Positions 51,702 through 61,673 of a DNA stretch of 64,000 bases are shown piece after piece. A program made the position numbers and the translations under genes. The notes beneath the pieces are model-generated. The model saw only the letters and a list, made by a program, of their open reading frames with translations, was not told where the DNA came from and ran no database searches. Numbering within the stretch: position 1 is the first letter of the stretch; each line of letters begins with the position of its first letter. Source of the stretch: an uncultured delta proteobacterium (GTDB taxonomy: Bacteria; Myxococcota_A; Polyangia; Haliangiales; Haliangiaceae); contig CAWKDB010000010.1 in NCBI GenBank assembly GCA_963848295.1, forward strand, positions 2,624,001 to 2,688,000, in the 5' to 3' direction.

Positions 51702-52748
51702 TCACTTGTCTCCCGCCGCGCGCATCGACAGTCCGACGCCGATCAGTGCTTCGGGCGCATGCGCCGACAAGTACGTGCGATCGAGCGTCGCATCGATCTC
51801 GATCCGCTTCCATGCATCCGCGACCTCGAGCGGCAACCGCGAGCGGCGTTCGATCGCGCGATGCAACGAGCTGACCTTCGCGCTGCCGCCGGCGAGCACG
51901 ATCCGCGTGACATTCGCGTCAGCGGTCGTCGCGAGGAAGAAGTCGAGCGAGCGCTGGAACTCGCCTGCCATGACCTCGGCGACGCCTTCCATCACGCGCA
52001 GCGTCTCTTGCGGGACCACACCGTGCTCGGTCTGGTTACCACCGACCTTGTACGCCTCGGCCTCGTCGGCGGCGATGCCCATCTGCTTCTGGATCTCTTC
52101 GGTGAACGCGTTGCCACCGATCGTGACGTCGCGCGTGAACAGCGAAACGCCGCCGCGCACGATGTTGATGTTCGTGATCGCGGCGCCGATGTTGATGAGC
52201 ACGACCGTCTCGCGCGCATCGAGTTGATAGTTCGCCTCGAAGCCATTCTGACTCGCGAACGCTGCGACGTCGACAACCTGCGGCGACAGCCCCGAGTCGC
52301 GCACGACCTGCACGTAGTCCGACACGACTTCTTTCTTCGCGGCGACGAGCAGCAGCTCGGTCTGCCCGCTCGCCGTCACGGGGTTCGTGACGTGATAGTC
52401 GATCTCGACGTCGTCGCGTCCGAACGGAATGTGGTGCTCCGCCTCGTTGCGAATATCTGCGGCGAGCTCCTCCGGCTTCATCATCGGCACCATGATCTTC
52501 TTGATGATCACGGAGTGACCGGCGATCGCGATCGCGACTTCCTTCTGGCGAATCTTCAGGCGGCTCCACAGCTGGCGAATCGCCTCGGCCACGGCGCCTT
52601 GATCCATGATCGTGCCGTCGACGATCGTCTGTGGAACGAGTGGCTGCATGCCGAACGCTTGCAGCGCCCAGCCCGTGGTCTTACGACGCAGCTGCACCGC
52701 TTTGATGCAGCTGGAGCCGATGTCGAGCCCGATGCACTGTTTCGCCAT
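51702..52748 (-). CDS. pilM: Type IV pilus assembly protein PilM
   Basis: IGLDIGSS..K, LLVAAKK, NIGA..TNI, IGGN.FT, LAGGSA actin-like motifs. Confidence 0.95.
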   Translation of the reverse strand: MAKQCIGLDIGSSCIKAVQLRRKTTGWALQAFGMQPLVPQTIVDGTIMDQGAVAEAIRQLWSRLKIRQKEVAIAIAGHSVIIKKIMVPMMKPEELAADIRNEAEHHIPFGRDDVEIDYHVTNPVTASGQTELLLVAAKKEVVSDYVQVVRDSGLSPQVVDVAAFASQNGFEANYQLDARETVVLINIGAAITNINIVRGGVSLFTRDVTIGGNAFTEEIQKQMGIAADEAEAYKVGGNQTEHGVVPQETLRVMEGVAEVMAGEFQRSLDFFLATTADANVTRIVLAGGSAKVSSLHRAIERRSRLPLEVADAWKRIEIDATLDRTYLSAHAPEALIGVGLSMRAAGDK

Positions 52749-52862
52749 TAGACCTCTACAGCCCGAAATTCTGGCATGTCCGCGCGCGATCTCCAAAAAC
52801 GGGTACCAGGTCCGCTTCGATAAGCTCGCTGGCGGCCCCTCGGACTGAGGAGTCGGCCGCGC

Positions 52863-54206
52863 TCAGGAAATCCCGTACTCCTTCATCTTGTAGAGCAGCG
52901 CGCGGTGACTGATCTCGAGCAGCTTGGCCGCATTCGTACGGTTGCCGCCGGTCGCGCCGAGCGCGCGCCGGATCAAGTCGCGCTCGAGTGACCGAGTGGC
53001 CTTCTTGATGCTGAGCTCGGCTTCGCCGTTCACCGGCGTCGCCGCCTTGAGGTTCATCACGCTGCCGAGAAATTCGGCCGAGATCTCGGGACCATCGGCG
53101 AGTACGAGCGCCCGTTCGATCACATTCTCGAGCTCGCGAACGTTGCCCGGCCACGGCTGGTCGCGCAACGCGTCGACCGCGGCATCGGCGAGCCCGACCT
53201 CGCGGCTGTGGCGCACCGAATGGCGCTGCGCGAAGTACCGCGCGAGCTGCGGAATATCGCCGGCCCGCTCTCGCAACGCCGGCACGTGCACCGGCAGGAC
53301 GTTGAGCCGATAAAACAGATCGTCGCGAAACCGGCCCGCCGCGACATCCGCGGCCAAGTCGTGCAGCGTCGCCGCGATCAGCCGGACATCGACGTGAACC
53401 GACGCGGTGTCGCCAACGCGGCGAATCTCGGATTCTTGCAGGACGCGCAACAGCCTTGCTTGCAGGTAGAGCGGGATCTCGCCGACCTCGTCGAGGAACA
53501 GCGTGCCGCCGTTCGCCGCTTCGAACAGGCCGGTCTTGTCGCGCACCGCGTCGGTGAAGGCGCCGCGGACGTGGCCGAACATCTCCGACTCTAGCAACCC
53601 CGCCGGGATCGCCGCGCAGTTGATCGCGACGAAGCGCTGGTCGCGCCGCGGGGAGGCGAGGTGGATCGCGCGAGCGACGAGCTCCTTGCCGGTGCCGCTC
53701 TCGCCGAGTACGAGCACCGTCGTCTTCGCAGAGGCGATGCGTTCGATCGTGGCGCGCAGCTTCTGCATCGCCTCACCATCGCCGACGAGCGCGGGCGAGG
53801 TCAGCGGCTCGGCCGGTGGGCGCGACGAGCGCACCTCCGAGCTCAACCGGCGAAGCGCGAGCATCACCGCGAGCTCGTCGAGCGGCTCGCTGACGACGTC
53901 GGCGATCCCCGCCGCGAGCAGCGCCATCGTCTGCGGCAGCTCGCGCGAACGGACCACCGCGATCACCGGCGGTGCGCCTGGGGACTGCACGACCTCGACC
54001 GCCACGCCGTGCGCTGCGATCACGGCGTCGCACGGCTCGACCGCGAGGTGACGACGCGCGGCGTCGAGATCCGCACCCGCCGCGACCGACAACCCGCGGC
54101 GATCGAGCAACAGATGAAGCGATCGGCGCGCTTCGTCGTCCGCTCCTACCAGCAAGACTCGCTGGACGGCGCCCGATGTCGGCGAGCCGTTAGCGACGCT
54201 CGTCAT
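52863..54206 (-). CDS. Sigma54-dependent activator (PilR2-like position) with a degenerate receiver domain
   Basis: [33 protein letters not shown], Fis HTH; start taken at MTSVAN. Confidence 0.88.
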   Translation of the reverse strand: MTSVANGSPTSGAVQRVLLVGADDEARRSLHLLLDRRGLSVAAGADLDAARRHLAVEPCDAVIAAHGVAVEVVQSPGAPPVIAVVRSRELPQTMALLAAGIADVVSEPLDELAVMLALRRLSSEVRSSRPPAEPLTSPALVGDGEAMQKLRATIERIASAKTTVLVLGESGTGKELVARAIHLASPRRDQRFVAINCAAIPAGLLESEMFGHVRGAFTDAVRDKTGLFEAANGGTLFLDEVGEIPLYLQARLLRVLQESEIRRVGDTASVHVDVRLIAATLHDLAADVAAGRFRDDLFYRLNVLPVHVPALRERAGDIPQLARYFAQRHSVRHSREVGLADAAVDALRDQPWPGNVRELENVIERALVLADGPEISAEFLGSVMNLKAATPVNGEAELSIKKATRSLERDLIRRALGATGGNRTNAAKLLEISHRALLYKMKEYGIS

Positions 54207-54290
54207 CCCTGCGTCGAGGGTAGCATTGGATCGGGCCTCGAGCGTCGGCCAGAATCGAGGCCGGCGGCCCAGATCTGTTAGGTTCTCTTC

Positions 54291-55355
54291 GTGCCTCCTG
54301 CCGGCCGGCCATGGATCACCGCGAACCAGGTCACCCTGGCGCGCCTGATTCCGATGCCGCTCTTGAGCTGGCTGATCTACCGCGGCGGCGAGACCGGGTT
54401 CAAAGGCAACCCGTACATGTGGAGCGCGCTGACCGCGGGCATCTTGCTCGGCTCGACCGACTGGGTCGACGGCATGCTCGCCCGCAAGTGGGGACCGACC
54501 GTGCTCGGCGGTTTGCTCGACCCGATCGCGGACAAGGTGTTCGTCGCGTTCGCGTACATGCCGTTCGCGAGTCTCGGCCTCGTCCCCGCATGGGCGTGCG
54601 CGCTGATGTTCGTGCGCGAGTTCTTCATCACCGCGTTGCGCTCGGCGTACGCGCAACGGCAGCTGACCTTCAAGACCAGCTACATCGCCAAGGCCAAGAC
54701 CTGGGCGCAGATGCAGGGCATCGGCGTGATGCTGCTGTTTCCGCTCGTCGACAACTCGCACGTCATCGTGCCGCTGCTCGTGTTCGGCATCGTCGGTCCG
54801 ATCATCGCTCTCGCGTGGCTGTGGTTCGCAAAGCACAAGCTCTGGACCGCGACGCTGTGGATGAGCGCGTCGTTCGCCGCCCTGCTCGCGGTGTACGAAG
54901 CCGAGGGTGCGCTGTACGCGGTGCGCGCGATCATGATCGGGGTCGTCGCGATCACGTGGATCAGCGGCTTCGACTACATCTGGCTCGGTTGGCCGAAGCT
55001 GCGCGCGCACGGTGACTTCAACCGCGCCGACTTCGTGCGGATCGTCGGCTCGATCACCGTGCCGACCCTCGTGTTCGCGGTGCTGATCGAAACACCCGTC
55101 CACGTCTGGTCGCTGTTCACCGTGCTGTCCCTCGAGCTCGCCGTCGGCGGCCTCGATAATTTGCTATCCCATCACAAAGCGGCGACGCGTTCGCTAGCCT
55201 GGGGCAGCCGAGTCCTCAGCATCTCCGGCCTGCTCGGCCTCGCGCTCCTCGTCCCGCGGGGCGCCGAATACTTCTCGGCCGCGGCAGCCGCCGTCTCCAT
55301 TGTCGGCGTCTTCGCCGAGTTCTGGCGAGGTCGCGACTACTTCCTCGACAAGTGA
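54291..55355 (+). CDS. CDP-alcohol phosphatidyltransferase family protein with extra C-terminal TM segments
   Basis: TANQVTLAR; DWVDGMLARKWG.T.LG..LDP.ADK motif. Confidence 0.88.
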   Translation: MPPAGRPWITANQVTLARLIPMPLLSWLIYRGGETGFKGNPYMWSALTAGILLGSTDWVDGMLARKWGPTVLGGLLDPIADKVFVAFAYMPFASLGLVPAWACALMFVREFFITALRSAYAQRQLTFKTSYIAKAKTWAQMQGIGVMLLFPLVDNSHVIVPLLVFGIVGPIIALAWLWFAKHKLWTATLWMSASFAALLAVYEAEGALYAVRAIMIGVVAITWISGFDYIWLGWPKLRAHGDFNRADFVRIVGSITVPTLVFAVLIETPVHVWSLFTVLSLELAVGGLDNLLSHHKAATRSLAWGSRVLSISGLLGLALLVPRGAEYFSAAAAAVSIVGVFAEFWRGRDYFLDK

Positions 55356-56547
55356 CGCTGTCTCTTTTGTCAACTTAGCCGCGAAGCCGCTCGCGCACCT
55401 GGTTGAGTTCCTTCGACAAATTTGGGGACGCTGTCTCTTTTGTCAACCTGCGACTCGTAGTGCACTCACCTCGGCCCTCACTCGGTCCATCGCGACGGTC
55501 GCCGCCGCGGCAGCATAGGGGTCGAGCTGTTGCGCAGCGAGCCTCGATGCGGCTTGTCGAGCGATCCCGAGGGCAGCAGCGATTTCGGTCGCGGTCAGTC
55601 CCACGCGGATCCCAGTGTGAACCGCAACGCGACGGGCGACGCTAACCTCGCCCCGACGATTCCGCGAGGTCATCCGTTCGATCGGCAACCCGAGCGTCGT
55701 CGCAACGATCGCAACGACGAGGCGTGGATCCGGTCGAATGATCGAGAACGGTCTTGCCACCAATGGGGCGACGAGTGGGTTCAGCATCGGCGTCGCGACC
55801 TCGATCCCGCCGCGTCGATGGGCAGCGCGATGGATGGCGTCCATCATGTCGCTCCGGTCGTCCGCGATAGCGCCGCCGACAAACGAGTCGAACTCGTGCG
55901 CCTCAACGCCGGCGCGGATCAATCCCTCATCAATGGCGAGCCACTGCGGGCACCGGACGAGACCGATATACGCCCGATGACTCGTCCACGTGCTCTCCCG
56001 TGCGGTTTGCACGACACCAGCTCGCACCGGGTTGTTGTGAATATACGCGATGAGACGCCCGACCTTGTCGGAGGGCACGGACTCTGCCGATGCGCGCGTC
56101 GCGAAGATCGGACCCAGCCCGCCGCGCCTTCGGTTGATCTCGAGCGCAAAGGGCGCGTGTACGCGCTTGAGCAGCGACTCGAACGAAGACGCTCCAGACA
56201 GCAACGAGAGGTGGATGTGACTGCTCATGAGCGCGTAGGCGAGCAGCAGCCAGTCGCTCTTGGCCAGCGATGCCGCTAGCAAGCGCAAATACAGCGCTCG
56301 GTCCTGTTCGTCTTCGAGAAGCCATCGCTTGTCGACGAAACGAGAGATGACGTGGTGGATCGTGTGGGGGGAGATGACTCGAGCGATTCGCATGCCGCAG
56401 CTATCGGGCAGCGGGCGCGCAAGTTGCCCCCAAAAGCGTCCCCCAGGTTTGCAAGTTGTCAAAAGAGACAGCGTCCCTGGGTTTGTCTCAGCAATCAAAC
56501 TAGATAGGCCGGATAGCGCGCGACCTAAGTTGACAAAAGAGACAGCG

Positions 56548-56551
<4 letters not shown>
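55352..56551. mobile_element. 1.2-kb HUH (RAYT-like) cassette bounded by nested inverted repeats
   Basis: Perfect 27-bp outer IR GTGACGCTGTCTCTTTTGTCAACTTAG (55352-55378; reverse complement 56525-56551); inner IR core GACGCTGTCTCTTTTGTCAAC at 55427-55447 and 56455-56475 (1 mismatch). Confidence 0.8.
55443..56393 (-). CDS. Y1 HUH tyrosine transposase (RAYT/IS200 superfamily) with a C-terminal DnaA_C-like HTH (316 aa)
   Basis: HHVISR, AYALMSSHIHL (HUH), YIHNNPVRAG (catalytic Tyr), WTSHRAY; C-terminal VATTLGL..E.M.SR.R...VS.ARR.A......GLT..EIA..LG. Confidence 0.85.
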   Translation of the reverse strand: MRIARVISPHTIHHVISRFVDKRWLLEDEQDRALYLRLLAASLAKSDWLLLAYALMSSHIHLSLLSGASSFESLLKRVHAPFALEINRRRGGLGPIFATRASAESVPSDKVGRLIAYIHNNPVRAGVVQTARESTWTSHRAYIGLVRCPQWLAIDEGLIRAGVEAHEFDSFVGGAIADDRSDMMDAIHRAAHRRGGIEVATPMLNPLVAPLVARPFSIIRPDPRLVVAIVATTLGLPIERMTSRNRRGEVSVARRVAVHTGIRVGLTATEIAAALGIARQAASRLAAQQLDPYAAAAATVAMDRVRAEVSALRVAG

Positions 56552-57429
<878 letters not shown>

Positions 57430-57513
57430 GCGCAGGCCGCCGTGATCCATCGATCCAAGCGCAGTCGGCACCACCTGTCAATGTGCGCAGCGGTGTGATA
57501 CCCGATCGATTCG

Positions 57514-58986
57514 ATGCGGCACGTGATCGCGATCGACCAGGGCACCACCGGTTCCACCGTGCTCGTCCTCGACGAGAAGCTCGAAGTTCGGGGGCGCGGC
57601 TACCAAGAGTTTCGTCAGATCTATCCCAAGCCGGGCTGGGTCGAGCACGACGCCGAGGACATCTGGGCGTCGGTGACCGCGGCACTCGCGCAGGCCCTCC
57701 TCGCCATCGATCCGGCCTCGATCGCGGCGATCGGCATCACGAACCAACGCGAGACGTCGGTGATCTGGAGCCGCAAGACAGGCAAGCCGGCTCACCATGC
57801 GATCGTCTGGCAAGACCGACGCACCGCAGATCGCTGCGCCGAGCTCAAGGCCGCCGGCAAAGAGGCACGCGTCCGCGAGCTGACCGGCTTGACGCTCGAT
57901 CCGTACTTCTCGGGCACGAAGGTCAACTGGATGCTGCGCGAGATCCCGGGCCTCGCGGATGCCGCGCGCGCGGGCGAGCTCGCGTTCGGCACGATCGATT
58001 CGTTCCTGCTGTGGCGACTGACCGGCGGCGCCGTCCACGCGACCGACGTCACGAACGCATCGCGCACGCTGCTGTTCGAGCTCGGCTCGCTCACGTGGTC
58101 CGACGAGCTGCTCGAGTTGATCGGCGTACCGCGCTCGCTACTGCCGAGAGTGGCGCCATCGTCCGGCACGTTCGGCACGACGCGCGGCGTGCCCGGGTTG
58201 CCCGACGGCATCGCGATCGCGGGCATCGCCGGCGATCAGCAGTCGGCGCTGTTCGGCCAGGCGTGCTTCGCGCCGGGCGACGCGAAGTGCACCTACGGCA
58301 CTGGCGCATTCATCTTGATGAACACCGGCGACAAGCCGGTCGCGTCGAAGTCCGGGCTCTTGACGACCGTCGCCTGGCAACTCGCGAGCGGCGAGCTACG
58401 CTACGCGCTCGAAGGCTCGGCGTTCATCGCCGGCGCCGCGGTGCAGTGGTTGCGCGATGGCCTCGGCCTGATCAAGAGCGCGTCCGAGGTCGAGGCGCTG
58501 GCGCGCAGCGTCGAAGATTCGGGCGGAGTGATCGTCGTCCCCGCTTTCGCCGGCCTAGGGGCACCGCATTGGCGGCCCGATGCGCGCGCCGCGATCACAG
58601 GCATCACGCGCGGCACGACGCGGGCCCACCTCGCTCGCGCGACGCTCGAGGGCATCGCGCTGCAAAATGTCGACATCTTGCGCGCGATGGAGCGCGACTC
58701 CGGCTACGAGCTGCGCATGCTCAAGGTCGACGGTGGCGCGGCGGCCAACGATCTGCTCATGCAGTTTCAATGCGACGTGCTCGGTGTGGAGATCGCTCGT
58801 CCGGCGCTGGTCGAGTCGACCGCACTCGGAGCCGCGTTCCTCGCCGGCCTCGGCACCGGCGTGTGGCGCGACCAAGCGGAGCTGTCGCGCACGTGGCGAG
58901 AGCAACGCCGGTTCGAGCCCGCCGCCGACCGCGCGTGGGTCGCCGAAACCCTCGCGCGCTGGAATGTCGCCGTCGCGAAGGCGTGA
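57514..58986 (+). CDS. glpK: Glycerol kinase
   Basis: AIDQGTT, GITNQRET, WQDRRT, TDVTNASRT, GDQQSALFGQ, KCTYGTG, DGGA. Confidence 0.97.
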   Translation: MRHVIAIDQGTTGSTVLVLDEKLEVRGRGYQEFRQIYPKPGWVEHDAEDIWASVTAALAQALLAIDPASIAAIGITNQRETSVIWSRKTGKPAHHAIVWQDRRTADRCAELKAAGKEARVRELTGLTLDPYFSGTKVNWMLREIPGLADAARAGELAFGTIDSFLLWRLTGGAVHATDVTNASRTLLFELGSLTWSDELLELIGVPRSLLPRVAPSSGTFGTTRGVPGLPDGIAIAGIAGDQQSALFGQACFAPGDAKCTYGTGAFILMNTGDKPVASKSGLLTTVAWQLASGELRYALEGSAFIAGAAVQWLRDGLGLIKSASEVEALARSVEDSGGVIVVPAFAGLGAPHWRPDARAAITGITRGTTRAHLARATLEGIALQNVDILRAMERDSGYELRMLKVDGGAAANDLLMQFQCDVLGVEIARPALVESTALGAAFLAGLGTGVWRDQAELSRTWREQRRFEPAADRAWVAETLARWNVAVAKA

Positions 58987-58991
58987 GGGAG

Positions 58992-59444
58992 CTACTTTCC
59001 CCAGACGTCGACTTCGTTGCCTTCCGGATCGTGGAACTTCGCGAATCGGCCGTAGGGGCTGTTCTCCGTCGAGAACGGCGTCAGGTTCTTCGCGGCGCGT
59101 GCTGCGAGGAACGCATCGTAGTTACCGACATGAAACACGAGATACGCGGTCCCCGGCGCCGCTCCTGGATGCTCACCGCCGGCGCTGACGATCGCGATGT
59201 TGAACGAGGTGCCGTTCCACTCGAAGCCGCCGTAGGTACCGCCTGGCATCTCGCCCTTCATCGGCAGGCCGAACACGTCGTTGTACCAAGCCGACAGCGT
59301 CTTCGGATCGCTCGCCCGGATCGCGGTCCCGCCGACGTATTCGAGACCCGAGCTGGTTGGCACCGCAGGCGCGACCGACGGCGCGGGACGAGGAGCAGCG
59401 CAGCTCGCGAGAGCCACGACCGTGACGTCGAGGAAGTGGTTCAT
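58992..59444 (-). CDS. VOC/glyoxalase-family protein with a lipoprotein-like leader
   Basis: WYNDVFGL...YG.F..FHDPEGN; N-terminal LASC. Confidence 0.75.
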   Translation of the reverse strand: MNHFLDVTVVALASCAAPRPAPSVAPAVPTSSGLEYVGGTAIRASDPKTLSAWYNDVFGLPMKGEMPGGTYGGFEWNGTSFNIAIVSAGGEHPGAAPGTAYLVFHVGNYDAFLAARAAKNLTPFSTENSPYGRFAKFHDPEGNEVDVWGK

Positions 59445-59761
59445 CAGCGAACGATACCGTCATTGCCGGTCGAGCTTTTCGGTCCCGGCGTCGCCGACCC
59501 AGCTCCCAGCGGTCACCGCGTACGTGCCGTCGAGATGATCCTCGACCCAGCCGCCATCGAGTCGAGGGTCGCGCCACGGTGAGCCGAGTCGCACCGCTGC
59601 GGCGCGGACCTCCAGCCAGCTTCGCGAACGGATCGAGCCTGACGGGAGCGGCTACGGGGATCGCGTCGCGTGCCTTCCTCACCTTGGTCGATTCCACCAA
59701 GTAATGGTGGTCGGAACCGCTGTTCCCTGATTTGGTGCCAATAACTTCAGATGGTTAGCCG

Positions 59762-59777
59762 TGGCATCGAGGTTGCT
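59762..59777 (+). promoter_or_regulatory. Sigma54 -24/-12 promoter
   Basis: TGGCATCGAGGTTGCT: GG-N10-GC matching TGGCAC-N5-TTGCW, 26 bp upstream of the ATG, with GGAGG between. Confidence 0.65.
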
Positions 59778-59803
59778 GTAACAACCCTCGGAGGGACGAC
59801 CCT

Positions 59804-60454
59804 ATGGCTCTTCTTGCCCGCGCCGCCAAGCCTGTCACCGAGTGGACCGACCGCGACTTACTGCGTGTCGTGCTCCGGAGCGAAGCGCGCGGCTGGGCCG
59901 AGCTCGTGCGGCGATTCCGGCCGCTGATCTATCGCTGCATCACCAAGGTGACGCTGCGCTACTCGCCGAGCCTGTCGAGCGCCGACCTCGACGAGATCTA
60001 CGCCGACATCATGATGCAGCTCGTCCGCGACGACATGCACAAGCTCCGCATCTACAACCCGGCGCGTGGCACCAAGCTCGGCTCGTGGATCGGGATGATC
60101 TCGGTCAACTCCGCTTACGACTACCTGCGCAGCGCGCGTCGCCGTCCGCTGCTCGACAAGGTCGACGGCGCGATGGATCCGCACGAGGAGTGCGATCGCA
60201 CGCCGCTCGATCAGCTGATCGAGAAGGAGCGGTGGGAGCACCTCAACGGCCTGCTCAGCGAGTTCAGCGACAAGGACCGCACGTTCGTCGAGCTGTACTA
60301 CCAGCGCGGCATGGAAGCCGACGAGATCGCGGCCGAGATGCAGATCAGCTTGAAGACCGTCTACTCGAAGAAGCACAAGATCCGCGCGCACCTCGTGCGC
60401 TGCCTCGAGCGCGTCACCGGCGAGAGCGCGATCGCCGACCTCGCGGTCGCGTAG
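59804..60454 (+). CDS. ECF-type RNA polymerase sigma-70 factor
   Basis: Region 2 (W.ELV.RF.PLIY...SWI..I..N.A.DYLR) and region 4 HTH (EIAAEMQISLKTVYS.K.K). Confidence 0.9.
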   Translation: MALLARAAKPVTEWTDRDLLRVVLRSEARGWAELVRRFRPLIYRCITKVTLRYSPSLSSADLDEIYADIMMQLVRDDMHKLRIYNPARGTKLGSWIGMISVNSAYDYLRSARRRPLLDKVDGAMDPHEECDRTPLDQLIEKERWEHLNGLLSEFSDKDRTFVELYYQRGMEADEIAAEMQISLKTVYSKKHKIRAHLVRCLERVTGESAIADLAVA

Positions 60455-61459
60455 CTATCGCGCCGCCGAGCAGTTGAACGGGCGCGGGTTGCCGGTGCTG
60501 TAGTAGTAGAGCGATCCGCCGGCGGCGTCGCGGCGATACGTCATGTCGAACAGCCGGCACGCCTCCGGGTTCGTCTCCTTCTTCGCCTTGACCACGATCA
60601 CCGCCTGGATCTCGTACTCGACGAGCACGCCGCGGTAGTTGCGGATCGGCTCCCACCTCGGCGAGGTGACGCGCGCGAGCTCGATCTCCTCGTTCGCCCA
60701 GTCCGGCACCTTCTTCATCGCCGCGACGATCTGCGGCGCGAGCCTCGCGTTCTCCGGATGCGGCGAGCGCGCGAGCTTGGGGCCGAACTTTGCGAGGTAC
60801 GCGGCCTTCGCGCCCGGCTTGACGTTCACGTCGATCGTGCTCTCCGCGAGGATCGGGTTATCCGTGGTCGAGAACCCGCAATCGAGATCGACCACGATGT
60901 GCAGCGTGTTCGTTCCCTCGTGGAGCTGCGGCACGACGAGTGAGTTGAACGTGCGCACCGCGGATTCGCCGGCGTCTTCTCGATCCGACGCGTCGAATTT
61001 GAACGCGGTCGTGAACGCGCGCGCGGGATCGTTCGACAGCGCGTTGCCATAGCGCAGCTTGGCGTCGTCCATGTCCATCGTGTAGCCACCGAACGGCGTC
61101 ATCTCGGTCGCCGGCCGCGTGCCGGTCGCGTTGACCTCGGCGCGCAGATTGAACCGCAGCTCGTTGCACGACGGCATCAAGTTGTGCGGCGAGTCCTTGC
61201 TCCAGAACCGCATGTAGAGCGGCCGACCGAGCGTGTACGACGTGTAGACCTTGCTACCGTCGGCGTCCTTGAGCCCGATCGGCGCCGATGAGAACACGAC
61301 GGTGCCGGCGTACTTCTCGGCGAGCGGGCCGGCATAAGGGCCGGGATCGACCTGGTTGCCGTTGTCCGACGGCGCGTGGCGCGCATCGGCGACGTGCGCG
61401 GTTACGCCGAGCGCGAGTAGCGCAGCGAAAGCAGAAAACGTGACCGTGCGAGTCGACAT
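60455..61459 (-). CDS. Secreted hypothetical protein
   Basis: Signal peptide MSTRTVTFSAFAALLALGVTAHVADA; purine-rich RBS upstream; paired cysteines. Confidence 0.7.
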   Translation of the reverse strand: MSTRTVTFSAFAALLALGVTAHVADARHAPSDNGNQVDPGPYAGPLAEKYAGTVVFSSAPIGLKDADGSKVYTSYTLGRPLYMRFWSKDSPHNLMPSCNELRFNLRAEVNATGTRPATEMTPFGGYTMDMDDAKLRYGNALSNDPARAFTTAFKFDASDREDAGESAVRTFNSLVVPQLHEGTNTLHIVVDLDCGFSTTDNPILAESTIDVNVKPGAKAAYLAKFGPKLARSPHPENARLAPQIVAAMKKVPDWANEEIELARVTSPRWEPIRNYRGVLVEYEIQAVIVVKAKKETNPEACRLFDMTYRRDAAGGSLYYYSTGNPRPFNCSAAR

Positions 61460-61673
61460 GAACGAACCCCCCTTGCTCCGGTGTGAAGCGCGGCCTTGGT
61501 AGCAGCCGCGATCGCCCGGCACAGCGAATACATTCCGACGAGCGGGCATAAATTCGGACGTCGCGGTGCGGCCGGTGCAAGCGAACGGGCCTCGGATCCG
61601 CGAGCAGCGACCCCGGTTCGACGTCCTTTTCTATTTGCACGGGATCGGCGCCGCGATCTCTAGAGTCCGCGCC

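Noticed and set aside
55352..55447. CRISPR array (21-27-bp repeats with ~50-bp spacers, also at 56.5 and 63.5 kb)
   Set aside because: Only two units per site, inverted around a transposase, and no cas genes
56421..56445. Possible fifth repeat copy AAGTTG...CAAAAGCGTCCCC upstream of the transposase
   Set aside because: Too degenerate (central GAGACA missing) to call with confidence
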